This document shows, one piece after another, positions 1 through 9,534 of a stretch of 64,000 bases of DNA. Source of the stretch: an uncultured Bacteroidales bacterium (GTDB lineage Bacteria; Bacteroidota; Bacteroidia; Bacteroidales; UBA12077); NCBI GenBank assembly GCA_964585385.1, contig CAZPDP010000001.1:50850-114849 (forward strand). Direction: 5' to 3'. The notes beneath the pieces were generated by a model. It worked only from the letters and a program-made list of their open reading frames with translations. It was not told the origin of the DNA and did not search any database. Every line of letters begins with the position of its first letter. Position 1 is the first letter of the stretch. Position numbers and translations under genes: made by a program.

Positions 1-95
1 CTTTTGTTTTTCATTATGTGCTCTAAATTTTTAGTAAAAATATATACTTGAATAATAATATTCTAATAATTTCCAAAGAAGATAATAACAATTTA

Positions 96-716
96 TTAAA
101 AATTTAACCTCCTGTTTAACTTTCTAATTTTTAGTCCTTTTAGCTTATTGAATCTGTTAATTATTCTGTTTTCCTCATTAAGTCTGACCCCTATGGTAAA
201 CGTACAATGGGCCTCAAAATTTTTTTCTATAGGTTCAATTTTCTCATCGTGAAGGAGTCTCTCCACTTCACTCATAAGATTATAGTCAAAAAAAAGGGTG
301 TATAATTCTTTTATCGTTTTTTTTACAATTTTAGTTTCTGAAATGGCCTCATCAGCTGCCGTTTTGTATGCTCTTATTAGTCCGCTTGTACCCAGTTTCG
401 TTCCACCAAAATATCGAACCACAATGATGAGTACGTTTGTAAGTTCATTAGCAAGGATCTGTCCGTAAATGGGCTTACCTGCTGTGGAAGAGGGCTCACC
501 ATCATCATTCATCCTGAAATCATTACCGTCAGGTCCCAACCTGTAAGCATAACAGTGATGCCGGGCATCATGATATTCGGTTTTTATGTCATCAAGCTTG
601 CTTTTAACATCCTTTTCACTGGAAACAGGGAAAATAAAACCAAAGAATTTACTGCCTTTTTCTTTGTAGGTTCCTTTTCCCGGTTTTCTTATAGTAAAAA
701 ATTCGTCTTTATCCAT
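96..716 (-). CDS. YigZ/IMPACT-family protein (UPF0029)
   Basis: 206-aa ORF. The blocks KGSKFFGF, ARHHCYAYRLG, NDDGEPSSTAGKPI and RYFGGTKLGTSGL match the YigZ/IMPACT N-domain as I recall it. A 5-nt gap to the upstream ORF suggests co-transcription. Confidence 0.7.
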   Translation of the reverse strand: MDKDEFFTIRKPGKGTYKEKGSKFFGFIFPVSSEKDVKSKLDDIKTEYHDARHHCYAYRLGPDGNDFRMNDDGEPSSTAGKPIYGQILANELTNVLIIVVRYFGGTKLGTSGLIRAYKTAADEAISETKIVKKTIKELYTLFFDYNLMSEVERLLHDEKIEPIEKNFEAHCTFTIGVRLNEENRIINRFNKLKGLKIRKLNRRLNF

Positions 717-721
717 GAGTA

Positions 722-1606
722 TTACCTGATGTAAGTTAATACATAAATAGCAACTAACGAAAGAATTACGCCCAGCCAGTTTAACCAGGTTAGTTTCTCG
801 CGGAAGGCCAGAAGTCCAATAATTACAGATAATCCGACAATTCCAATATTGTTGACACCAAATACAACTGACCCATCAAGGGTTTCGCCTGAATCGAGTT
901 TATAGTTGAGCGCGCGAATCAGGAAATAAATAGATCCATAGTTTCCTAATCCCAGTAAAGAACCCCAAAAAAGAGTCCGGCGATTGATTAATGTTTTAAA
1001 GTTATTATTCCGGATAAAATTGGTGACAATTCCTGTAACTGCAGCAATTGAAAACAATACAGCCGAAAAGAGTGTTGAGGTTCCGTTGTCAATATAATGG
1101 TACTGGGCAAGTTTGATGATTGAATCAATGATGCCCATTCCGACGAAGAGGATTGCAGGTAAGTACAGATACTTCGGATCAAAATCGATGGTTCTTTTCC
1201 TGTAGATGGTAAAGAATACTGAAAGTAAGGCAATGGTAATTCCTGTTCCTTTCAGGGTTGTTAGAGAATCAGTAGGATCGTACCAAAGCGAAAAAGCAAT
1301 AGGAATGAGGACTGACATTTTACTTGCTACTGTAGTAATAGCAATTCCTACTTTTTGCGATGATTTGGCTATCAGTACAAAACCTATTACAAAAAGAACC
1401 CCGATGGTAACAGCATAAGGAAACCAGGGCGTACTATACAGGGGAAAGAAGTCTGGGTTGTACTCACTTATTGAATAACCTAATATTGATGCAATTATAT
1501 AGTTAATGATAATAACATCGAAATTCTTGATTTTATATCGGTTTACGAATTTAAATATGACAAAAAGGGAAGTGGAGCTTATTATACTTAACAGGAGATA
1601 AATCAT
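722..1606 (-). CDS. EamA/DMT-superfamily membrane transporter
   Basis: 294-aa ORF with about 10 hydrophobic helices in a 5+5 layout and no soluble domain. The family call rests on architecture only. Confidence 0.55.
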   Translation of the reverse strand: MIYLLLSIISSTSLFVIFKFVNRYKIKNFDVIIINYIIASILGYSISEYNPDFFPLYSTPWFPYAVTIGVLFVIGFVLIAKSSQKVGIAITTVASKMSVLIPIAFSLWYDPTDSLTTLKGTGITIALLSVFFTIYRKRTIDFDPKYLYLPAILFVGMGIIDSIIKLAQYHYIDNGTSTLFSAVLFSIAAVTGIVTNFIRNNNFKTLINRRTLFWGSLLGLGNYGSIYFLIRALNYKLDSGETLDGSVVFGVNNIGIVGLSVIIGLLAFREKLTWLNWLGVILSLVAIYVLTYIR

Positions 1607-1632
1607 CGTTCAGATAAATTATTTAATCCGGG

Positions 1633-1640
1633 CAAAAGTA
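1633..1640 (-). promoter_or_regulatory. Bacteroidota-type -7 box (TACTTTTG on the minus strand)
   Basis: Exact TAnnTTTG match, 26 nt upstream of the ATG at 1606. Confidence 0.4.
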
Positions 1641-1653
1641 AATTCATTGGTTT

Positions 1654-1691
1654 GAAAAAAAAACAGGTTCCTCGCAAGAGAAACCTGTTTT
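1654..1691 (-). terminator. Rho-independent terminator downstream of dnaA
   Basis: On the minus strand, AACAGGTTTCTC / GAGGAACCTGTT forms a 12-bp stem with one mismatch and a 4-nt loop (TTGC on the minus strand; GCAA is its plus-strand complement). A T9 run follows. It lies 25-60 nt after the dnaA stop. Confidence 0.75.
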
Positions 1692-1715
1692 GAAGCATAA
1701 AATATGGCAAACTCA

Positions 1716-3143
1716 TTAGATTTTGAGCTTTTTCTCGATGTTATCAATTGTTTGCTTGAATCGTTTGTCGGTATCCATAAGATTGTTAACTGTTTTACAG
1801 GCATGAAGTACCGTGGCATGGTCTTTTCCTCCGATTTGAGAGCCAATGGAGGCAAGGGATGACTTGGTCAGTGATTTTGAAAAAAACATTGCTATCTGTC
1901 TGGCCTGGACAATCTCACGCTTTCGTGTTTTTGAATGTAGTTGGTCCGGACTGATATTGAAATAATCGCAAACGATTTTCTGAATGTAATCGACTGAAAT
2001 CTCTTTTTTGGAATTCTTAACCAGTTTATCAATAACATTTCTGGTTAGTTCCAGGGTAATTTCCTTTCTGTTCAGAGTCGACTGGGCCAGCAGTGATATC
2101 AGGGCACCTTCGAGTTCACGTATGTTTACAGAAATGTTGGAAGCGATATATTCTACGATATCGTCGTTAATGTCTATACCATCATGGTAAACTTTGTGCT
2201 TTAATATTTTAATGCGGGTATCGTAATCCGGTGCCTGAAGGTCAGCAGATAATCCCCATTTAAAACGGGAAAGTAATCTCTGTTCAATTCCCTGCATTTC
2301 AATAGGTGGCTTATCAGAGGTAAGAATAAGTTGTTTTCCCGTCTGATGCAGATGATTAAAAATGTGGAAGAAAATATCCTGGGTTTTTTCCTTTCCTGCT
2401 AATTCATGAATATCGTCAATAATAAGCACGTCGATCATCTGGTAGAAGTGAAGGAAGTCATTTTTGTTATTATTCCGTATTGATTCAACAAATTGTGTCT
2501 GGAATTTATTGGCATTTACGTAAAGTACCGTTTTATCCGGATATTTTTCTTTGACTTTTATTCCTATAGCTTGGGATAAGTGCGTTTTTCCCAGTCCCGA
2601 GTCTCCATAAACAAACAAGGGATTAAATGCCGTGCCTCCCGGCTTGTCAGCTACAGCTTCTCCTGCGGAACGTGCCAGGCGATTGCAGTCTCCTTCGATA
2701 AAATTTGTAAATGAATTGTCAGGGTTGAGCCTGGGATCAACATGTAATTTTTTGATCCCGGGTATCACAAAAGGGTTTTTAATAGTGTTTTCCTCTGTTT
2801 TTAAGGGAACAGATACAGGTTTGTTTTTTAATTCGGTTTTATTGTTTGTCGGAAATTTAACAGTATAAGGTTTTTGAGAAGAATTTGTCTCCATCACCAC
2901 ACTGTACTCCAGCTTTGCATTATTCCCCAGTTCTTTTTTGAGCGTTTTTCTCAGAATGTCAATATACTGTTCTTCCAGGTATTCGTAAAAGAACGGACTG
3001 GGCACCTGAATTGTTAAAACATCGTTTTCCAGCTTTAAAGGAACAATGGGTTCAAACCACGTTCTGTAGCTGATTGATGGAACATTGTCCTTAATAATTT
3101 TTAGACAGCGGTTCCAGATTTCTTCATGTCTATTGTCGTTCAT
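1716..3143 (-). CDS. dnaA: Chromosomal replication initiator protein DnaA
   Basis: 475 aa. Walker A motif GDSGLGKTHL, AAA+ core (LIIDDIHEL), and the C-terminal DNA-binding helix region IGGKDHATVLHACK. Confidence 0.97.
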   Translation of the reverse strand: MNDNRHEEIWNRCLKIIKDNVPSISYRTWFEPIVPLKLENDVLTIQVPSPFFYEYLEEQYIDILRKTLKKELGNNAKLEYSVVMETNSSQKPYTVKFPTNNKTELKNKPVSVPLKTEENTIKNPFVIPGIKKLHVDPRLNPDNSFTNFIEGDCNRLARSAGEAVADKPGGTAFNPLFVYGDSGLGKTHLSQAIGIKVKEKYPDKTVLYVNANKFQTQFVESIRNNNKNDFLHFYQMIDVLIIDDIHELAGKEKTQDIFFHIFNHLHQTGKQLILTSDKPPIEMQGIEQRLLSRFKWGLSADLQAPDYDTRIKILKHKVYHDGIDINDDIVEYIASNISVNIRELEGALISLLAQSTLNRKEITLELTRNVIDKLVKNSKKEISVDYIQKIVCDYFNISPDQLHSKTRKREIVQARQIAMFFSKSLTKSSLASIGSQIGGKDHATVLHACKTVNNLMDTDKRFKQTIDNIEKKLKI

Positions 3144-3435
3144 TTACTCTGAATCATTTAAGATTTTTCACTTTTTTTTTGGCCTAAAACAAATTTGTAA
3201 AAAAATATTTTAAAAAAAAACGCAATTTTACTTGTATTTTTCAAGAAAGGTGTATTGAATTTTGAATCAGAGGAATAAATTTTAAATAAAGGTTAATTTT
3301 TTTAATTATCTGATTTGTAGTTGTTTAAAATCCACTTATCTTAACGGTTTGTTAATTAAAAATTTATTTTAAATTAATTCAAGTGGATTTATGTTAATAA
3401 TTATATTGAGACAAAATTTAAATAAAAATAAGCGT
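3144..3435. promoter_or_regulatory. AT-rich dnaA upstream region; possible oriC/DUE and dnaA promoter
   Basis: 292-bp non-coding gap with a T9 tract (3172..3180), an A9 tract (3212..3220), and an inverted 9-mer pair AATCCACTT (3329..3337) / AAGTGGATT (3381..3389). The best shifted 9-mer window (AGTGGATTT, 3382..3390) matches the DnaA box TGTGGATAA at only 6/9 positions. Confidence 0.3.
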
Positions 3436-4377
3436 TCATTTGTTTTTACCGAAAACTGAAACATTAATGTAACGCCCGGGATTTTCCTCTATGTCTTTGA
3501 TGAGTTTATTTAGATTCATTGTGGTTTTATTGAGGTTATGATATAGCGAATCATTGTGTAATAATTGACCTGCTGATCCTTTGCCTTCATCGATATTATT
3601 TAAAATGGATTGTGTAGCTGTTAAAGTTTTTTGCAGGTTATTTAGCGTAGAAGTTAAGTTAGCTTTTTTCAGAGAATCGGAAATGGCCGCAATATTATCG
3701 AGGCTTTGGGAAATAGCAGTTCTTTTGTTGGAAATTTCTGTAGTAACTGAATCTGTGTTTTCAATGATCCGGCTTAGTTTTTCAGTATTCTTAGCTAGTA
3801 AGTAGTCAATCTTTTGACTGGTTGAGCTTAGATTATCAGTGGTTTTGCTTAAATTATCAAATGAATTTCTGACATTGTTCCTTGTGCCCTGATCAAAGAC
3901 TTGCAAAACGGAATCTATTGTACTTAGCAGGTTTTCTGTTTTGGTTTTCAGGGGTTGTATTTCAGTATAGAGTTGGTCAGTGATATTCTTTTTGTATAAA
4001 GAGGGAATCGTATCTCCCGGGCTGTAGTATTTTTCCGCTCCTGTTATTTCCATCCTGAGGGCTTTGGTCCCCATCAGATCATCGCTGTATAAAACAGCCC
4101 TGGAATTCACCGGGATTTTAACTTTCTGGCGAATGCTGAATTTTACAATGATCTTTCGGTTATTATGACCTGTGAGATTTATATTTTCGACCATGCCTAT
4201 TTTATATCCGTTCAGATATACCGAGCTGGCTTCCTCCATACCTCCAACCTCATCATAGAGAGCGTAATAATGATCGGTTTGGGAAAAGAGATTTTTTCCT
4301 TTGAGGAAATTTATTCCCCATATCAGTAAAGCTATCAGGAAAATAGCAATCAGACCGATTTTTAATTCTTTAGACAT
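3436..4377 (-). CDS. MlaD/MCE-family protein
   Basis: 313 aa. One N-terminal TM helix, an MCE domain (VYLNGYKIGMVENI...VKIPVNSRAVL), and a long helical C-terminal part. A 2-nt gap to the amidase gene suggests an operon. Confidence 0.8.
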   Translation of the reverse strand: MSKELKIGLIAIFLIALLIWGINFLKGKNLFSQTDHYYALYDEVGGMEEASSVYLNGYKIGMVENINLTGHNNRKIIVKFSIRQKVKIPVNSRAVLYSDDLMGTKALRMEITGAEKYYSPGDTIPSLYKKNITDQLYTEIQPLKTKTENLLSTIDSVLQVFDQGTRNNVRNSFDNLSKTTDNLSSTSQKIDYLLAKNTEKLSRIIENTDSVTTEISNKRTAISQSLDNIAAISDSLKKANLTSTLNNLQKTLTATQSILNNIDEGKGSAGQLLHNDSLYHNLNKTTMNLNKLIKDIEENPGRYINVSVFGKNK

Positions 4378-4379
4378 GA

Positions 4380-5483
4380 TTATTTGTTATCAATTTGACT
4401 TAAAGCATTTTTTACTGGAATGATTTTATTGTTTTGAACCGCAATAACAAAAGCACCCGGGAAATCCTTTTTTACTTTCTTTTTGAATTCCAGTGCTTCC
4501 TCATAGTTTTCATAATTTCCAATTGTGTATTTGAAATTTTCGGATGTTTCAATCCTTTCTACCTTATCATATCCTTTAAAGAAATCAGATTCTGTGGGAA
4601 TTTTGTTGGTTGAGGATGCAATCTGAAGCTTAAAATAAATATTGTCGGTATTTTCCTGTCTGGCCAGCATAGCGCTGTTGGTTTCTATATCTTGTTTGTA
4701 TTCTTTAAAAGCCTGGTAGATAGAAGTGGAGATTTTATCCTTCCCTTCATCAGAATTAAGAAAATCTTCTTCTTTTTGATTGCTGATAAACCCTGCTTCA
4801 ACTAAAACCCTGGGCATTGTAGTTCTGTATAGTACCAGAAATCCTGCCTGTTTCACTCCCCTGTTTTTTAATCCTGTGTTTTCAGTGAAGTATTTCTGGA
4901 CTTTTGAAGCAAAATTCAGGCTTTGTTTTAAATAGGCATTCTGGATAAGGGAAAAAATGATATAGGATTCAGCTGATTTTGGTTCAAAGCCTTCGTATTT
5001 TTTTGAGTAGTCTTCTTCAAACAAAATAGCGGAATTCTCTTTTTTAGCAACTTCCAGATTGCTTTGAGTTTTGTGAAGTCCCATAGCGAAGGTTTCTGTA
5101 CCTCTTGCCTTTGAGTTTTCATTTGCATTGATATGGATGGATATAAAAAGATCGGCTTTGTTTTTGTTTGCTATTTCGGCTCTTTCATACAGAGGGATGA
5201 GCGTATCGGTTTTCCTCGTATAGATGAGGTTAATATCGGGGTAGTTCTTTTCTATCATTTCACCTACTTTCATGGCCATTTCCAGGACAATATCTTTTTC
5301 CATACTGTAGCTTCCCCTGGCTCCACTGTCTCTTCCTCCATGTCCGGGATCCAGAACAACAGTTTTCAGCTCATAATTTTCTTTTTCCTGGGCTGGCAAT
5401 ACTCCTATATGAGTGAAAAAGAAAATAATAAAAAGAATTTTCAGCGTTATATATTGGGTAGCACGAATTTTTTGATGATTCAT
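4380..5483 (-). CDS. N-acetylmuramoyl-L-alanine amidase with C-terminal SPOR-like domain
   Basis: 367 aa. Signal-like N-terminus, Amidase_3 motifs VVLDPGHGGRDSGA and FISIHINA plus a glutamate-containing AGF block, and a C-terminal ~80-aa SPOR-like segment (YFKLQIASS...GAFVIAV). Confidence 0.85.
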   Translation of the reverse strand: MNHQKIRATQYITLKILFIIFFFTHIGVLPAQEKENYELKTVVLDPGHGGRDSGARGSYSMEKDIVLEMAMKVGEMIEKNYPDINLIYTRKTDTLIPLYERAEIANKNKADLFISIHINANENSKARGTETFAMGLHKTQSNLEVAKKENSAILFEEDYSKKYEGFEPKSAESYIIFSLIQNAYLKQSLNFASKVQKYFTENTGLKNRGVKQAGFLVLYRTTMPRVLVEAGFISNQKEEDFLNSDEGKDKISTSIYQAFKEYKQDIETNSAMLARQENTDNIYFKLQIASSTNKIPTESDFFKGYDKVERIETSENFKYTIGNYENYEEALEFKKKVKKDFPGAFVIAVQNNKIIPVKNALSQIDNK

Positions 5484-5534
5484 AGAATTGAAAATAATAT
5501 TTTCATTAGCTTTGACGCGTAATTATACTTATTG

Positions 5535-5542
5535 CAAAAATA
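5535..5542 (-). promoter_or_regulatory. -7 box (TATTTTTG on the minus strand)
   Basis: Exact TAnnTTTG, 51 nt upstream of the amidase start at 5483. Confidence 0.3.
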
Positions 5543-5554
5543 GCATAATCAAAA

Positions 5555-8230
5555 TTGATATTAAAATTACTCCGAAATATTTTTAAATTCTTTTTCTTGA
5601 TATTTGTCCTTTCCACCACCCTGACAAATGCAACCTTTTCTTATACTACTACGTTACAAAATTCTTTTTCACAAAGACCCGATACACTGGATCCTCGCAT
5701 ACAAATGGAACAGGATAGTTTACCAAAAGAACAAGGGGATGAGGAGGGAAAGGAACAGGGACAGGAATCATCAGATTTTATACAGACTGAGATAGACTAT
5801 ACTGCTAATGACTCAATTGTAATGTCAAGGGTCAATAACAAGATATTTCTCTACAAAGAAGCGAAAGTAACCTATGGAAATATTGAGCTGACAGCCGATT
5901 ATATTGAATACAACCAGGATTCAAACACTGTTTTTGCAAGGGGAGTAAAAGATTCTACAGGTAAGTTTGTTGGTCAGCCTGTTTTTAAAGAAGGAGAAAA
6001 GGCTTATGATGCAGAGACAATACGTTACAATTTTAAAACTAAAGAGGGGTATATTAAAAACGTTGTAACGGAAGAGGAAGATGGGTTCCTTCATGGTGAA
6101 ACCACAAAAAAACACACCAACAACCATTTTCATTTTAAAGACGGGAAATACACTACGTGTGATAAAGATCATCCACATTTCTACATTTCTATAAGCAAAG
6201 GGATGGTAGTCCCTAACGAACAGATAGTCGCAGGGCCTTCTTATCTTGTAATTGAAGATATCCCTTTGCCTATCGGCATCCCTTTTGGTTTATTTCCAAT
6301 CCAAAAGAAACAGTCTTCCGGAATTGTAATTGGAGGAGGAAGTGATCTTAGAGTTGGGGGAGGAGTTGGAGGAGCAGCCAGCGGAGGAGGTTTTGGAGAA
6401 GAATCCGAAAGAGGTTTTTATATGAAAGATGTGGGTTATTATTTTGGCATCAGTGACAACATGGATTTGAAATTGCTCGGAAGCGTTTATAGCAAGGGTT
6501 CATGGGGGGTAAGAATGGATTATAACTATATTAAAAGGTATAAATTTTCCAGTAAATTGTCTTTGGATTATAAGCGTTTAGTTACTGGGGACAAGGGCTC
6601 TCCGGATTATGTTTCACAGCGTGATTATTCGATAATATGGCGACACAGCCAGGCACCAAAAGCTAATCCATACAGCAGTTTTAATGCCAGTGTAAACTAT
6701 TCCAGTACCTCCTATGATAAATTTCATGCGGAAAATTCACAGGATTACACCAATAATACCAAAACTTCGAATATATCCTACTCCAAACAATGGCCCGGCA
6801 GCCCTTTTAACTTCACAGGGAAACTCAGACATAATCAGAATTCAAGGAACAATACGGTAAACCTCACTTTACCCGAAATGTCCTTCAATATGTCGAGGCA
6901 ATACCCTTTGAGGCAATTTAATAAATCAGGAAGGTCTAAGTGGTATGATGATGTCCAGGTAAGCTATGATGCAAACCTGAGAAACCAAATTCAATCACCG
7001 GACTCCACATTATTTAAAAATACCACTTATTCTGATTTTGAAAGTGGCTTCCAGCACAGGATTCCTTTATCTCTAAATTTCAAGGTGTTAAAATATTTAA
7101 ATATTACTCCCAATGTTAATTATAAGGGTATTTTATATCCCCGTTACATTGAGCGTTCATGGAATCCTCAAACTCAGTCTGTTGTTGAAGATACTGTGGA
7201 AGACTTCAGATACGCACAATCCGTTGAGCCGGCATTATCCATGAGTATTAGTCCAAAAATTTTCGGGATGTTTCAATTTACTGGAGAGAATTCAAAAGTA
7301 CAGGCTATAAGGCATGTTATGACCCCATCTGTAAGTTTTAATTTCAGACCTTCTTTAGGCGCTATGACAGCGCGGTATTACGATGAGTACCAGGTTGACA
7401 CCACAGGAAAAATGAGGGAGTATTCCATATTTGACGGCCAGCTCTACAGTCCTCCCTCATCGCCCCAAAAATCGGGGAATATTGGTCTTGGACTAAGCAA
7501 CAATGTGGAAATGAAAGTGCGTTCGGAGAGTGATACCACCAATAAGCCCAAAAAAGTTACTTTGTTGAATCAATTAAGTTTTAATTCGGGATACAACATT
7601 TTTGCTGATTCACTTAACTGGTCGGCTATAAGTATCAACGGCCGAACCACTCTTTTTGAAAATAATATAAGCCTGAATTTTGGTGGTAGCCTTGATCCAT
7701 ATGCACTTGATGATAATGGATCCAGGGTAGATGAGTTTGAATGGTCTAAAAATGGGAATTTAGGCAGACTTACCAGGGTAAATGCTTCAGTCAATATGAA
7801 TCTTGGGCCTGGTGGTAAAAATGCACAGGGTGAGAGTGAGGGGGGAAGTGGTCAGGGCAATGGTGGACGGAGTTTCGGTAAAAATCGCTATGATTATTTT
7901 TATATACCCTGGAGTTTATCAGTGGGTTACAATTTTAATTACTCCAAGCCCAGGTTTGAATCCAATGTTACACAGACTGTTAGTCTTTCAGGTAATTTCA
8001 GCCTCACTGACAAGTGGAGATTCAACTTTTCCACACACTATGACATTGCAGAGGAAAAATTTTCAACCACATGGATTAATATTACTCGGGATTTGCATTG
8101 CTGGACAATGACTTTCCGCTGGGTACCCTTTGGACTGAGACAGCACTACAATTTTAAAATATCGGTGAATTCTTCTGTACTCCAGGATTTACAGCTTAAG
8201 AAGCGCAATAGCTGGTATGATAATTTGTAG
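5555..8230 (+). CDS. lptD: LptD/OstA-like outer-membrane LPS-assembly protein
   Basis: 891 aa from a TTG start. Hydrophobic signal-like N-terminus, an OstA-like N-domain (ELTADYIEYNQDSNTVFARGV...), then about 650 aa of beta-rich sequence with alternating aromatic and polar residues. Two Gly-rich low-complexity loops. Confidence 0.6.
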   Translation: MILKLLRNIFKFFFLIFVLSTTLTNATFSYTTTLQNSFSQRPDTLDPRIQMEQDSLPKEQGDEEGKEQGQESSDFIQTEIDYTANDSIVMSRVNNKIFLYKEAKVTYGNIELTADYIEYNQDSNTVFARGVKDSTGKFVGQPVFKEGEKAYDAETIRYNFKTKEGYIKNVVTEEEDGFLHGETTKKHTNNHFHFKDGKYTTCDKDHPHFYISISKGMVVPNEQIVAGPSYLVIEDIPLPIGIPFGLFPIQKKQSSGIVIGGGSDLRVGGGVGGAASGGGFGEESERGFYMKDVGYYFGISDNMDLKLLGSVYSKGSWGVRMDYNYIKRYKFSSKLSLDYKRLVTGDKGSPDYVSQRDYSIIWRHSQAPKANPYSSFNASVNYSSTSYDKFHAENSQDYTNNTKTSNISYSKQWPGSPFNFTGKLRHNQNSRNNTVNLTLPEMSFNMSRQYPLRQFNKSGRSKWYDDVQVSYDANLRNQIQSPDSTLFKNTTYSDFESGFQHRIPLSLNFKVLKYLNITPNVNYKGILYPRYIERSWNPQTQSVVEDTVEDFRYAQSVEPALSMSISPKIFGMFQFTGENSKVQAIRHVMTPSVSFNFRPSLGAMTARYYDEYQVDTTGKMREYSIFDGQLYSPPSSPQKSGNIGLGLSNNVEMKVRSESDTTNKPKKVTLLNQLSFNSGYNIFADSLNWSAISINGRTTLFENNISLNFGGSLDPYALDDNGSRVDEFEWSKNGNLGRLTRVNASVNMNLGPGGKNAQGESEGGSGQGNGGRSFGKNRYDYFYIPWSLSVGYNFNYSKPRFESNVTQTVSLSGNFSLTDKWRFNFSTHYDIAEEKFSTTWINITRDLHCWTMTFRWVPFGLRQHYNFKISVNSSVLQDLQLKKRNSWYDNL

Positions 8231-8455
8231 TTTCTAAAACAAAATCTTTTCCCTGAATTTTTTGATGTTTACACTATCCCTTTTGATGCCTTATACCTGA
8301 ATTTGGTGTGTTGAAATAGTTGTTTTTATAATCTATTGATTCTCTTATTTGTTAAAAATTTTGTAAGTTAGTTTCAATTGTAACGACTAAGAAGTTTGAG
8401 TGAATAAATTTTATTTACTCTCAGTTAACTAGTACTTTAACAAAAAAACTTCATT

Positions 8456-9526
8456 ATGGAAAGACAACTCAGAACGGTTTTTATTTTCCTGAAATTTCTC
8501 GGAAAAGAATTTATTACTCCACTAAATTATCTAATGGCATTCCTGATTGGTATAACCATTAATTTTTTCCAGGGTCTTGGTTTATTCTATTCTGCAGTAC
8601 CTTTTATTGTCCCTATAATTGTTCAGGGTATTTCAAAAGCTTCTGTAAAGTTTGGCAACCGTAACATTAACTTATTGGTGCGCTTACCTACAGAACGTAA
8701 AGACCCGGCTTTTGTCATGAATACAAATGGGGATATTGTTGTTTCTGAAGGCAATACAAAACATTTTCTGAATCATTATTCCGTTCACAATTTTTCAGAT
8801 TTGTTTGAAAATCAGACTGTCGCTTCCATAAAAGGGCTCATTTATCAAACCTGCTATAAAGACGGACATCAAACTAAAGAATGGTATGCACCCAGAATAG
8901 ACCGCTGGTACACAGTTAATATGAAAGCTGACCCATTCAGCAATAATGTCCTTGTTTGGCTGGATGATATTACATTAAGAAAGAACCTGATTAATAAGCT
9001 CAGCAAAATTCGAAACTTTATTACACAAATGATGTTTAGCATTAACGAGCAGATTGAACTGGAGGACAGTATTGACAGGATGGCTGAATTCGTATTGCAA
9101 ATGGGATATCAGGGTATTTTTATTACAACAAAGGACAGCAATGAAGACTTAACAGGAAATGTATATAAAAAGACGGAAGGTGGTGAGATGAAAAAATCTG
9201 AAAAAATCAGTATTCCAAAAGATTCTCCTGCTCCAATCTGGGAAAGCAGAAAGCACAAGGGAATTGTAAGTGATTCAAGAAGCAATTACACGGCTCCTAA
9301 TGAGTTTGACTCCAAACATGCTTTCAGTGAAGATGTTCTGAAATTCCTTAACTTTAAGATCAATAATTTTATTAATTACCATGAGCAGAATATTTCTGTA
9401 ATTATTTTTAATAAAGAAGACGAAATAACCTTATTTGATCATACTTTGATGGAAGCTATTGTGAATTCTGCTTTTACAAGTCACCATTTGGTTAATATGA
9501 TTAAAACAGCAGGCAATAAAAATTGA
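8456..9526 (+). CDS. Membrane-anchored sensor-like protein (hypothetical)
   Basis: 356 aa with two N-terminal TM helices. The segment PTERKDPAFVMNTNGDIVVSEGNTKHF resembles the NPxPVxRFD module of the next gene. Its stop overlaps the downstream ORF. Confidence 0.4.
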   Translation: MERQLRTVFIFLKFLGKEFITPLNYLMAFLIGITINFFQGLGLFYSAVPFIVPIIVQGISKASVKFGNRNINLLVRLPTERKDPAFVMNTNGDIVVSEGNTKHFLNHYSVHNFSDLFENQTVASIKGLIYQTCYKDGHQTKEWYAPRIDRWYTVNMKADPFSNNVLVWLDDITLRKNLINKLSKIRNFITQMMFSINEQIELEDSIDRMAEFVLQMGYQGIFITTKDSNEDLTGNVYKKTEGGEMKKSEKISIPKDSPAPIWESRKHKGIVSDSRSNYTAPNEFDSKHAFSEDVLKFLNFKINNFINYHEQNISVIIFNKEDEITLFDHTLMEAIVNSAFTSHHLVNMIKTAGNKN

Positions 9527-9534
9527 AAAGTAAT

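Noticed and set aside
1-14. CAT at 12..14 could be the ATG of a minus-strand gene running off the left edge.
   Set aside because: Only four codons are visible, so the call cannot be supported.
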